64,000 nucleotides of DNA from Octopus vulgaris (GCA_951406725.2 OX597820.1:19158001-19222000), one strand, 5' to 3'. Counted from the first letter of the stretch, positions 37,731-49,899 are shown. The notes: generated by a model from the sequence alone, not told the origin. Program-made: numbers and translations.

Positions 37731-38122
37731 TCTCTCTCTATATAAAGCTGAAGTTGTCTGTGTGTGGCAGGTTTGGTAGCCTTCAACTAACACTATCTTC
37801 TCCGAGACCCTGCGGCACAAGTTGACCAAAATTGAGAGTATGATAGAAGAAGGTTTGCTCTTCCTTCCGTAGAAGATAAAATTCAAATCGGACCATGTTA
37901 ACACCAAAAATTATTTACATCAAAAAGGTGCTTTTTTTCTATGAAAATCCCTATTTTTTACGATTTTTTGACTGCTGTGTTGCCATTTTTCTGTGTATTT
38001 CAACCAGAAAAATGTTCACTTAAAGAGAATAACAAGCTACATAATGCAAATTTTTTACTTTTCAAAAATTCCAATTCTAAAGGGTCGAAACAAACCCGAG
38101 CAATGCCGGGCGATACTGCTAG
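37731..38122 (+). mobile_element. Non-autonomous Helitron (392 bp)
   Basis: 5' TC, 3' CTAG, GC-rich hairpin CCCGAGCAATGCCGGG (38095-38110) 8 nt before the CTAG. It is inserted between A and T with no TSD, confirmed by the empty paralogous site at 30864/30865. Confidence 0.9.
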
Positions 38123-38667
38123 TATTAAATAAAAAAAAAAACCCTAAGTGCAAAAAGTGGTGAACTACCTGTCCTAGGATTGGGTGTTCAAATCCTATTG
38201 TAAAACATTTTAATTCTTAGATTGTTAACTTGTTGCTTAGTTCAATTTATTTCTCCTACTGGAAAATATAAGTTCTGTTTATCTTCAGTTAAATAATGAA
38301 CTCAAGCAAGGTGCCAGAAATAGTAGCCAAATCACACCCTACTGTCTTGAAATAGGAAGGAAATATATGCCGCTAGGATAATTTAGTCCTGGATGCCATT
38401 GTTCTTCACGCCTTTTGACAATAACCTCCTTGAAGTGACCGCTGGTTCTGTGATACAAACTCTCTGTTGAACTCCTTAGTATTTGTATTACTCTGTCAAA
38501 TGTAATAATTATTTATTCACATCGTTTTGAATTAACTGTGCGTTATCTTCTAGCAAAGAGATTGCAATGAAGCAATTGCTTATTTTTAGAATGACATTGT
38601 GAGGAAGGTGTGAGAGGTCAGATCTGGTCAGTTTGAGCATAAAACAGGTAGAATATTTGGCATGGAT

Positions 38668-39086
38668 ACTCTTTACTCTTTTACTTGTTTCAGTCATTTG
38701 ACTGGCCATGCTGGAGCACTGCCTTTAGTCAAGCAAATCGATCCCAGGACTTATTCTTTGTAAACTTAGTACTTATTTTATCGATCTCTTTTGCTGAACT
38801 GCTAAGTTACAGGGGACGTAAACACACCAGCATTGGTTGTCAAGCGATGTTGGGGGTGGGACAAACACAGACACACAAACATACACACACAAACACACAC
38901 ACATGCACATATATACAAATATACGACGGGCTTCTTTCAGTTTCCGTCTACCAAATCCACTCGCAAGGCTTTGGTCGGCCCGAGGCTATAGTAGAAGACA
39001 CTTGCCCAAGGTGCCATGCAATGGGACTGAACCCGGAACCATGTGATTCGTTAGCAAGCTACTTACCACACAGCCACTCCTACGCC
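38668..39086 (-). mobile_element. SINE family A nested in a piggyBac-type MITE
   Basis: Full-length family A copy. The host MITE halves are 38468-38665 and 39090-39117. Confidence 0.85.
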
Positions 39087-39176
39087 TACACGGTCAGTTT
39101 AAATGCTAAAGGGTTAAAGTGACCTCAGTTAAAACCATCTCTAAAATTTCAAGTCATGTCCCATACTCAAGCTTTG

Positions 39177-39391
39177 CCCTTTAGCATTTAAACTGGCCCA
39201 AATATTCCACCTGTTTTATGTTCAGATTGGCCAGATCCAGTCTCTTTCACCTTCCCTACAATGTCATTTCTAAAAATAAACAATTACATCATTGAAATCG
39301 TGAAGCTATGAAATAGTGCATGATTAATACAAGACGATGGGAATAAATAAGCATCACATTTCACAGGGTAATCTGAATGCTAAGAGGTTAA
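39177..39391. mobile_element. piggyBac-type MITE (family F)
   Basis: CCCTTTAGCAT ... ATGCTAAGAGG-TTAA termini. Confidence 0.75.
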
Positions 39392-41362
39392 ATAATGACA
39401 AAATTGTTTTACCAAATTCTTCATTATTTTCAAAATTTATTGAGACATAAGCATTGTATTTCAACAGAAATATATCGAGGCACTTCGTCGGTTATGAAGA
39501 CGGGGGTTCCAGTTGATCCGATCAACGGAACAGCCTGCTCGTGAAATTAACGTGCAAGTGGCTGAGCACTCCACAGACAAGTGTACCCTCAACATAGTTC
39601 ATGGAGAGATTCAGTGTGACACAGAGTGTGACAAGGCTGGCCCTTTTGAAATACAGGTACAACAGAAACAGGAAGAAAGAGTGAGAGAAAGTTGTGGTGA
39701 AAGAGTACTCTTACCTTACTCAATAAATTCAATACCAGATGTGTACTGGTGTCGATCTAATCGACTATCATCCCACTCCCCCAAAATTTCGGGCCTTGTG
39801 CCTAGAATAGAAAAGAAAGGAATATTCTGCCTGTTTTATGTTGTTTAAACTTATCAGATCTGGCCTCTTACTCTTACCCTTCAATGCCATTCTAAACTAT
39901 ACTATCACCCATCAGAATTTCAAAGCTATGAGATAATGATTGATTAATTTAAGACAATGGGAATAAATAAGAATTACATTCGACTGGGTAATCTGAATTC
40001 TAAATGGTTGAGGGTTCAAGAGAAGGTTTGTTGCATATATTTTATTGATTGGGTGCAGTGTTGGTGGTGGTGGTGGGGGGGGGGTGATGGTCAGGCAGTT
40101 CCAGCAAGATTTGATCTCGGAAACTAAGGGAAACAAAATTTTGAAAAATCTCCTTTGTGAAACATCATTTCATTCCATGTTTCTTATTTCTGTTTTGGAA
40201 ACAAAAAACAAAAAAAGCAAAAAAACAAAAAACAAAGTTAACAAAAAAAAAAAAAAAATGTGCGTTTCTGCAGACATTTTCAGAATATATTGGACTCAAC
40301 TCAAGGAGATACGTGAATAATTCTTTTGCTTTTTAAAGTATTTGAGCTTTATCTAAACACTGAAAATATTCATCTTCTGTGAAACAATTTTATTGATATT
40401 TTCTTTCTTTCATTCTTTCTTTCTCTTTCTCTTTCTCTTTCTTTCTTTCTATTGTTGATATCATTCTTATGATATGACCTTCAAACAGTTTTAATAATGA
40501 TATTTTCGTGTGGTATTAATAATGATTTCTCACATAAACAGTTTTAATAATATCCATTGTATATTATGAATGTAACGTTGTGAGAGTTCTTCTGCTGATA
40601 AGGAGAAACATTCAGTTTTCATTTTGTCTTTCCACTGATTTCAGAAATGCTGTTGTGCGTCATGCATGAGAAATAGATAGTACAATCAAATTTATTTACA
40701 TATTTACATATTTTCTCAATTTTACATCGCGTTCTTGTTTTTACTTGATGCGAATGTTTAAATAATCTTACGAAGCTTGCAAAGCTGACAGCCATTTATA
40801 AATTCATGACAAATAAATTATGGATTTCAGCTCCAGCTTTGGCTACCCTCCACTTTCCAATATTATTTGCAGCCCTTTATTTTTCTTAATTTCCATCTTG
40901 GCAACATTTCACTTTTGTGTATGTGTATGCGTGTGCCTGTGTGTGCATGTGTGCGTATATGCGTGCATATATATCTATATACATAGGCACATGTATATCT
41001 GTGTGTATGTGTGTCCATGTGTTGGTTTCTTCTTTGCTGCTTTCTTACTTGGTTGCATTTATATTTTGGAACAAGTTTATCAATAAGATTAGGTGCCTTG
41101 TAGAAATATACAATTATAAACAGAAATTCTCGATGTAATGTAAATGCCAGCGTTACATAGTAATAACGCAGGCGTGATGTGATATCGTGTAAATGCATTA
41201 TTTGAAAACCTTGGGAGATGATGTAACATTTTCACATTTTTGATTTCGTTGCCTTTTTCTTTCCTCTCTACTCAGTGTTAACAATAAAGGATAAATGAAA
41301 GAAATCAATAAATTAATCAATCAATAAACAAAATATATGAAAAATTAACTTAAAAATATTCT

Positions 41363-41838
41363 TTTCTATTGTAGACACAAGGCCCGAAATTTTGGGAGGT
41401 GGGGCCAGTTGATTAGAAATTTTTGGGGAAGGGGGCCAGTCGATTAGACTGACCCTAGTATGCAACTGTTATTTAATTTGTCAACCCCAAAAGGATGAAA
41501 GCCAAAGTTGACTTTGGCAGAATTTGAACTCAGAATGTAAAGACAGACGAAATACCTCTAAGTATCTTGCCCTGCATGCTAACATTTCTGCCAGCTTTCC
41601 ACCTTAATAATAATAATTATAATAATCACTTCTACTCTAGGCACAAGGCCTGAAATTTTGGGAGAGGGGGCTAGTCGATTAGATAGACCCCAGTATGCAA
41701 CTGGTACTTGATTTATCGACTCCAAAGGATAAAATGCAAAGTCGACCTCGGCGGAATTTGAACTTGGAATGTAAAGACAGACGAAATACCACTGAGCATT
41801 TTGCCCAGCATGCTAACATTTCTGCCAGCTCGCCACTT
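41363..41838 (-). mobile_element. Two adjacent family D2 SINEs
   Basis: Family D head and core with the alternative GGCCTTGTG(C/T)CTA tail. Confidence 0.8.
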
Positions 41839-42080
41839 TATTAACTTAAAAATCTTGCAATATCTCAAAATGTTTCTTGCTGGTTCCTATTTTAAGTCCA
41901 AGTAACTTGTTCTCTTTATTTCCTTATTATTCGTTTCATCTTGGTTGCTCTCAGCATCAGTCTCCAACAAAACAAACATTGCAAACATTTCTAATAATTT
42001 AATCTAACACGATTTTGTTTATCAAATATGAATTCTCATATTGTGAGCTGCCATCTTAGTTCTTTGCTGTGTAACACAGG

Positions 42081-42149
42081 GCATATGGCGTAGTGGTTAA
42101 GAGTGCAGGCTACTAGCCCTAAGATTCCGAGTTCGATTCCAGGCAGTGA

Positions 42150-42211
<62 letters not shown>

Positions 42212-42356
42212 TCGAAAAATACTTCAGGAATGAGAACCCAGGTTCAAAATTTCCCCAAGACACCTGAAGAAGGCTGGAGGGTATATCAGCCGAAACGTTG
42301 TACTAACAACAAACAAGATGAGGACAGATATCTGTCAGATATAAATAATGTAATTA
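42081..42356 (+). mobile_element. tRNA-headed SINE-like element carrying a hammerhead ribozyme motif
   Basis: A box TGGCGTAGTGG, B box GAGTTCGATTCC, internal (AAT)n, then GACAC-CTGAAGA-A-GGCTG..CAGCC-GAAACGTT at 42259-42299. Confidence 0.8.
42259..42304 (+). ncRNA. Penelope-type minimal hammerhead ribozyme motif
   Basis: CUGAAGA core, 5-bp stem II GGCTG/CAGCC, GAAA, and palindromic stem III AACGTT. Stem I is partly decayed here but intact (GACAC/GTGTT) in the 48066 copy. Confidence 0.65.
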
Positions 42357-42474
42357 ATGTTAAATATTCCACCTGTTTTATGTTCAAACCAGCTGGATCC
42401 AGCCTCTTACACATACCTTACAATGTCATTCCCAAAATAGACTGTCAGATCATCCAAATCGCAAAACTATGAGT

Positions 42475-42882
42475 TTATTCTTTTATTTGTTTCAGCCAAT
42501 TGACTGCAGCCATGCTGGAGCACTGCCTTTAGTTGAACAAATTGACTCCAAGGCTTATTCTTTGGAAAGCCTAGTACTTATTTGATCGGTCTCTTTTGCC
42601 GAACCATTAGATTATAGGGATGTAAACACACCAGCATTGGTTGTCAAGCGATGTTCGGGCTACAATCACACACAAATATATACACACACACACATACATA
42701 TATACATACATACACACGACAGGCTTCTTTCAGTTTCCATCTACCAAATCCACTCACAAGGCTTTGGTCGGCCCTAGGCTATAGTAGAAGACACTTACCC
42801 ATGCAGTGGAACTGAACCTAGAACCATGTGGTTTTGGGTTCAGTCCCACTGACCAAGCTGCTTACCACACAGCCACTCCTGT
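42475..42882 (-). mobile_element. SINE family A
   Basis: Homologous to the other family A copies, with a small inversion near the head. Confidence 0.8.
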
Positions 42883-43113
42883 GACTATTTTATGCATGAT
42901 TAATTCAAAACAATGTGAATAGATAAGCATTATGTTTGATAAGCGTTACCTACCTTTGTTGCCATATTTCTGTGGGAACACACTGCCTTCATTTCAATGT
43001 ATTTTAAAAATTACAAAGACTTTATTAAAATGAATTCATCATTATTTGAGATAGTATTTGGAACATAAGCTAGCATAAAATTATGATGGAAGGTTTTAGA
43101 TTAAAACCTAGAT

Positions 43114-43400
43114 TGGTGCTACTCAGAGTGGTGGACCATGGACCAGTGCTGGTCCATGAGCCATTAGCTGCCAGTACATGGTGAGTTTCCAGAAAAGAAA
43201 CATTATAAAATGCTTATGTAATATTGTATTATTTGTTTACAAAATAAATATAAGATTTTAAAAAAATTGTCAACTTTTATTATATTCGTTATATGTATTG
43301 TTTCTGGTATAAATTAATATTACTAAGAAATATTACCGGTTCCTGGCACATTGGAGAAAAAACCGCCGGTACGCCACATTAGATAGTTTGAGAAGCACTA
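43114..43400. mobile_element. hAT (Charlie-like) MITE
   Basis: Termini TGGTGCTACTCAGA and TTTGAGAAGCACTA. The 8-bp flanks ACCTAGAT and TTCTATAT resemble an nTCTAGAn-type target. Confidence 0.55.
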
Positions 43401-44049
43401 TTCTATATAACTATATCCCCCTTAGCATCTATTACGTGTTCAAAGTGGCCAGATCTGGCCTTTCACACCTATCCTATAATGTTATTCTAAAAATAAAAAA
43501 TTACATCATTGAAGTCTTAAAGTTATGAGATAATACATCATTAATTTCAAACGATGTGGATAAATAAGCATTATATTTGACAGAATTTGAATACTTAAAG
43601 GGTTAAAACAGAAAGTCTGTATCATAAAAACAGGGGTCTTTCAGGCAGGTTGATATCAAGAAGGTTAACTCTGGTTACCATTGCTGGTGCCACTTCAGAA
43701 GCATCCAGTCCACACTGTAATGTGGTTGGCATTTGGAAGGGCATCCAGCTGCTGTAAAAACCATACCAAAACTGACCCCGCCTGTGCTTGTGATACATAC
43801 AAAGCATTAAGTCCACTCTGCTGGGTGGTTGAGGTACTGGCAAGGGCATCCAGCTGTTAAAACCATGCTAAAACACACAAAAGTCTGGTACAGGTCCCAT
43901 GCCTGGCTTTCTCTTGTCAAACTGTCCTACCCATGCCAGCATGGAAGGCAGACATTAAGTGATGATGATGATGATGGATGATGGATGATTTCTGTGGGTA
44001 TGCGCCATCTTTATTTCAATTAATTTTCAAAATGATGAAGAATTTAACA

Positions 44050-44520
44050 TGAAAGGTATTCATGCCAGTGATATGGTAAAGGCACTCGTGCCAGTGGCAT
44101 GTAAATGGCACCTGTAGTCAGTGGCACATTAAAGGTACCCATGCCACTGACACATCAAAAGCACTTGTGCCAGTGACACGAAAGCATCTGTATCAGTCAC
44201 ACTTTAGAGGTGCCATGCCAGTGACACGCAAAAGGCATCCATACCAGTGGCACATTAAAGGTACCCATGCCGGTGATACGTTAAAGGCACAAATGCTAGT
44301 GATACATACAAATGCACCCATAACAGTGGCACATTAAAGGTACCCATGTCAGTGACACGCTAAAGGCACCCGTACCAGTGGCACATTAAAGGTACCCATG
44401 CCAGTGACACATTAAAGGCACGTATGCTGGTGATACACACAAAGCACCCGTACCAGTGGCATGTTAAGGGTACCCATGCTGGTGACATGTTAAAGGCACT
44501 TGTGCCAGCGACATGTAAGT
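44050..44520. repeat. ~27-bp minisatellite derived from a SINE C internal repeat
   Basis: Alternating GCCAGTGGCACATTAAAGGTACCCAT and GCCAGTGACAC..AAAGGCAC units. Confidence 0.85.
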
Positions 44521-46172
44521 AAAAGACATGACACCCAGTACACTCTGTAGAGTGGTTTGTGTTAGGAAACAAAGCCAAAACAGACTGGAGCTTGGTGCAG
44601 CTCTCTGGCTTGGGAGTTCCAGTCAAACTAAACATATGATGATGATGATGATGATATTATAAAGGCTAGTGTTTAGAGCATAAATTAGCATGAAATTTTG
44701 AAAGAAATCTTGAACCATAGAACTAAGAGCAGTTCCATGTTGGCTTGGCATCAAAAGGGTTAATTTTCTATCGAAGCTGGTTGCGTCACTGTTATTAATT
44801 ATCTTTTATTGTGGAGGCAAGCTCCTGGTAAACCAACATCTGCAGGTTTTGTTTTGATTCTCAGAAACATTCTTAATTTATTTATATCTTTAATATCCTC
44901 AAAAGAAAGAAAAAAAAAAAATGGTATGAATATCATAACCTCTAATTGCCCTTCGTTTAAGAATGTGTACATTCATATCACTGAGAAATAATTATTGATG
45001 TGATTTATGTCTCTGTTGACTCATTTCAACCTGACCTGGTCTTTCGGTGAATTTGTTAACAAGATAACTTGCATGCCTTTATATAAATGTGAAATAAAAG
45101 AGTATGGAAGGGCAGCTGTAACGAGTTCCAGATCTCTGATAAACTGGACATGTAGTATCTTACTAACACAGGCATAAAACCCAATGCTGGAGTCATTAAA
45201 TCGATAGGATGCAGCCTTCCCATGTTATTAACCAGCAGTAGATTGTTAACATCATGGGAACTTAGGTTTTACTTCAGTTCGCTAACATGTGTGTGTAAGC
45301 AAGCATGTGTGTGTGTACATACATAACCTTACACATTTTACTTGTCAGAAAATCTGGCTTTGTGTTTTGGTTTGATCATATGTAGGTCACAAAAGAATGC
45401 AAGGAGATACTCACAAACTATTGTATGAAATGAAAAAGCAATTATTTATGCAAGGATTAAGGGCGGATTTTTGTGTCGTCTAATCCAATGTCTCCTGTAT
45501 AAAGTTTTTTTTCTTCTCTCTCTGTCTTTGTTTGGACATTCTTTTGTTTGCATAAAATATAGGAAAATAATTTCAGTTTGGTTCCAAGGAAGCAAAATCT
45601 TAGAACACTGACTGTTCATGCAATGTAATGCTTGTTTATAACAAATTTGATTGAGCTTCATTGTATAAAGTATTTTAATTAGATTTAGCTGCGTTCATTT
45701 CCCCATATTCAGAACAATTAGAAAATATTTCTTTTTTTTTCTTCTTTTTTCTTTCCAATCCTTATCTATAAATTAGCTAGCATTTAACTAACTGGAAGCA
45801 AAGATAGAAATTTGTCTTCATTGAAGTCTTCTAAAATCAACAGTCTGGATTAAAAGTTTGAGCTACATGAAATAAAATGATGTGTATTAAATGAGCCTGT
45901 TGTGCTTTTTCACTGAACTATAGTTGCAGCGTATTCATGTGTTTCCTAGGTTACTGATATTAAATAAAGTGAGTGTTAAGCACTTATATTATACAAATTA
46001 GTAGCTCCAGTTATCTAAAGCTCCAGGATTTGTTGAGTATATAAACAGACTGCCTACTTCCTTCTCTGGGATTGTTCAAGTGATATAGATGCCTGATGAG
46101 ACCCTAATAAGAGTTGAAAATTGATTAAGGCTGAAATAGCTAAATTTCCTATAATTGACCAGTGTTGCCTTA

Positions 46173-46520
46173 TACTAGCGTCGCCTTACTGGCACTTGTG
46201 CCGGTGGCACATGAACAAAACATTCGAGCGAGGTCGTTGCCAGTGCTGTTGGACTGACTCCTGTGCAGGTGGCACGTAAAAAACACCATTTCGTGCATGG
46301 CCGTTGCCAGTACCGCCAGGCTGGCCCTTGTGCAGGTGGCATGTAAAAGCACCCACTACACTCTCAGAGTGGTTGGCGTTAGGAAGGGCATCCAGCTGTA
46401 CAAACTCTGCCAGATCAGATTGGAGCCTGGTGCAGCCATGTGGTTCACCAGTCCTCAGTCAAATCGTCCAACCCATGCTAGCATGGAAAGCGGACATTAC
46501 AGGATGATGATGATGATGAT
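46173..46520 (+). mobile_element. SINE family C
   Basis: Matches 49576-49899 and has a (GAT)n tail. Confidence 0.85.
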
Positions 46521-47582
46521 GTATATTTACTGTGTTAGTTTACATATATGTGTGTGTTAGTGTTTTCTTGTTTTGACATCATGTGATAGTTGTAAAATAG
46601 CTTTGATGTCTGCGTTGTGCAAGCGGTGTCCTTCATTTCCAGTCTGCCATGAAAACATGTCTGGTCACAGGGAAATATTACTTAACTAGGAAACAAGTGA
46701 AGGTTGGTGACAGGAAGGGCATCCAGCTGTAGAAAAATCTGCTTTTAGCAAACTCCATCCAACCCAAACACACACATGCATAACAGCCTTTTTTTTAGTT
46801 TCCATTCACAAAATCCACTGACAAGGCTTAGGTCATCAGCCTGGGACTGTACTGAAAGACACTTGCCTAGCATGCCATGCAATGGGTTGAACTCAAAGCC
46901 ATGTGGTTGGGAAACAAATCTCTTAACCACACAGCTAAGTCTATGAACATTTCAAGTGAGGCTTTCAGTGTATTTAACCCTTTAGTATCTAAACCAACCA
47001 CATCCAGCCCAACTATTCTACCTGTTTTATGTTCAAACTGGCCAGATTTGACTTTATACACCTATCCTACAATGTCATTCTAAAAATATACAATCACATC
47101 ATCAAGATCCCAAAACTATGAAATGATGCATGATTTATTCAAAACTGTGTGAATAAATAAGCATTACATTTGACAGACTAAACTGAACGCTAAAGAGTTA
47201 ATATTTTAAACTGGCCAGATGCAACCTCTCACACCTACCCTACAATGTCATTCTAAAAAGTAAACAATCTCAGACTTACGAAATAATGCATGATTAATTT
47301 AATTCAGAACAATGTGAATAAATAAGCATTACATTTCACAGAGTAATCTGCATGCTAAAAGGTTCAGGTTGAATATTTTAAAATATAAGCTAAAATTTTG
47401 AATTCTGTTCAGATTCAAGGTCTTGACCAGGTGTAGGCCTAACAAAAAAATGACCTCAAATTTTTTTTTATCCCTTTAGCATTCAGATTATTCCGTCAAA
47501 TGTAAAGCTTATGTACTCACACCATTTAAAATTAATCATTCATTATTTCATGGCTTTGAAATTTCAGTGATGTGATTGTTTA

Positions 47583-47735
47583 TATTATTTACATTCGATA
47601 GATATTTGTCCTCATCTTGTTTATTGTTAACATAACATTTCGGCTGATATACTCTCCAGCCTTCTTCAGGTATCTTGGGGAAATTTCGAACCTGGGTTCT
47701 CATTCCTAAAGTATATTTCAATGTTGTTATTGTTG

Positions 47736-47773
<38 letters not shown>

Positions 47774-47850
47774 GTTCAGGTTACTGCTTAGACTCAAACT
47801 TGGAATCTTGGGGTTAGTTGCCCGTGTTCTTAACCACTATGCCATATGTC
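47583..47850 (-). mobile_element. Hammerhead-bearing tRNA-headed element, inverted copy
   Basis: Reverse complement of 42081-42356. The hammerhead is at 47629-47674 (GATAC-CTGAAGA-A-GGCTG..CAGCC-GAAATGTT-ATGTT). Confidence 0.8.
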
Positions 47851-47920
47851 CGTGGGCAATTATGGAATGAATTTTAGGGCTTATAAACCTAATATTTTCT
47901 ATCCTGCCTTAATACTGATT

Positions 47921-48188
47921 CCATATAGTGTAGTGGTTAAGAGCGCAGGCTACTAACTCCAAGATTCCGAGTTTGATTCCAAGCAGTGACCTGAACAACA
48001 ATAATAATAATAATAACATTGATAAATACCTTAGGAATGAGAACTCAGGTTCGAAATTTCCCCAAGACACCTGATGAAGGCTGGAGGGTATATCAGCCAA
48101 AACATTGTGTTAACAATAAACAAGATGAGGACAAATATTTGTCGAATGTAAATAATGTACATAATTCCTCATCTCTTTAATATACAAC
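47921..48188 (+). mobile_element. Hammerhead-bearing tRNA-headed element, direct copy
   Basis: The hammerhead is at 48066-48111 (GACAC-CTGATGA-A-GGCTG..CAGCC-aAAACaTT-GTGTT), with CpG-type mutations at G12 and in stem III. Confidence 0.8.
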
Positions 48189-48298
48189 TGTGATTGTTTA
48201 TTTTAAAAATGGCACCGTAAGGTAACTATAAAAGTCCATATCTGACCAGTCCGAAGATAAACCAGGTAGAATATTTTGGCCAGATATGGCTGGTTTGA

Positions 48299-48519
48299 CC
48301 CTTTAGCATTTAAACCGGCCATATCCGGCCAAAAGTATTCTGCCTGTTTTATGTTCAAACTGGCCAGATCTGGTCTCTCACACCAACCCTACAATATTGT
48401 TTTAAAAATTAACAGCTACCTCATTAAAATCTCATAGCAACAAGATAATGCATAATTAGTTCAAAACAATGTGGATAAAAAAGGATTAATTTTGGCAGAA
48501 TAATGTGAACAGCAAAGGG
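48299..48519. mobile_element. piggyBac-type MITE (family F), young copy
   Basis: TTGA-CCCTTTAG ... CAAAGGG-TTAA, highly similar to 52421-52641. Confidence 0.85.
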
Positions 48520-48858
48520 TTAAACACTAAAGGGTTAAAGTCATGTGGCCTGTCACATGATGAGCCATGTCCCATTGACCTACTTCCTGTAAGAGATTGC
48601 TTGTGCCTGCTCTCGGCTGCCATTTTTACCTTCTCTTCTGTATCTAATAACCTAGCACTTACAGGTAATAACGGATGAAACTCAACAGCTATTGTCCCAG
48701 GCTAATTAAACTAGAATATGACTGTGATGACACACTGGTTCTATAGGTTTCCCATTAGTGTGTTATTGATTTTATTTTGTATTGTTGAAAGTGAGCTGAT
48801 AGGTTAATCACCAACAACTATGATATAAGAAGGATCTTATTATTTACTGTTTGCTTTG

Positions 48859-48891
<33 letters not shown>

Positions 48892-49575
48892 TGTTCTTTT
48901 CTTGCTACATAACCTTATATACATTGTGTGTGTGCGTGTATATACAGACACATATACATATTATTATTATTATTATGATTATTATTATTAAGGTTGTGAG
49001 CTAGCAGAACAGTTAGAGTGCTGGACGAAATACTGAAGCCGTATTTCGTCTGTCTTCACGTTCTGAGTTCAAATTCTACTGAGGTTGACTTTACCTTTCA
49101 TCTTTGTGGTGGCAGGGTCAAAAAAATAAGTACCAGGGAGTGGTGGCGACCTCTGTTGTACTCTTTCGCCCCAACTTTCTCTCGCTCTTTCTTCCTGTTT
49201 CTTGGGGAACACATACACCATAGAAACCTGGAAACCAGGCCCATGAGCCTGGCTGGGCTTGAAAAGAGCTCATAAAAAAAAATCTAAATGCTAAAGGGTT
49301 AACTTTTTCCCTTTTTATAATGAAACGGTTAAATTTCATTTTATTTAAATTTTTGTCACTGATTCCTTAACTCAGTTTTAAGTCTTCACCATTTAATCCA
49401 GCCATATCTGGCCCAAAAAAAAAATTCTATGATTTTTATGACCAAACTAGCCAGATTTGGCCTTTTACACTTACCCCACAATGTTATTCATAAAGTAATG
49501 AGTCACATCACTGAAATCTCAAGGCTACAAGACCATGCATGGTTAATTCTAAACAATGTGAATAAATAAGCATTT

Positions 49576-49899
49576 CGTGCTGGTGGCACGTAAAAGGGCA
49601 CCATTCGAGCGTGATCGTTACCAACATCGCCTTACTGGCACCTGTGCCGGTGGCATGTGTAAAAAGATTCGAGCGAGGTCATTGCCAGTACCGCCTGACT
49701 GGCCCCGTGCTGGTGGCACGTAAAAGGAACCCACTACACTCTCGGAGTAGTTGGCATTAGGAAGGGCATCCAGCTGTAGAAACTCTGCCAGATTAAGATT
49801 GGAGCCGGGTGCGGCTGTCTGGTTCACCAGCCCTCAGTCAAAATCGTCCAACCCATGCTAGCATGGAAGGCGGACGTTAAACGATGATGATGAGGATGA
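49576..49899 (+). mobile_element. SINE family C nested in a family F MITE
   Basis: Family C body and (GAT)n tail, with MITE halves on both sides. Confidence 0.85.

Larger units (their letters stand above)
47472..48534. mobile_element. piggyBac-type MITE hosting two nested insertions
   Basis: CCCTTTAG (47472) ... CTAAAGGG-TTAA (48534), interrupted by 47583-48188 and 48299-48519. Confidence 0.75.

Noticed and set aside
41765-41780. TGGAATGTAAAGA, identical to the miR-1 5' end
   Set aside because: It lies inside a SINE D2 copy, with no precursor hairpin and a divergent 3' half.
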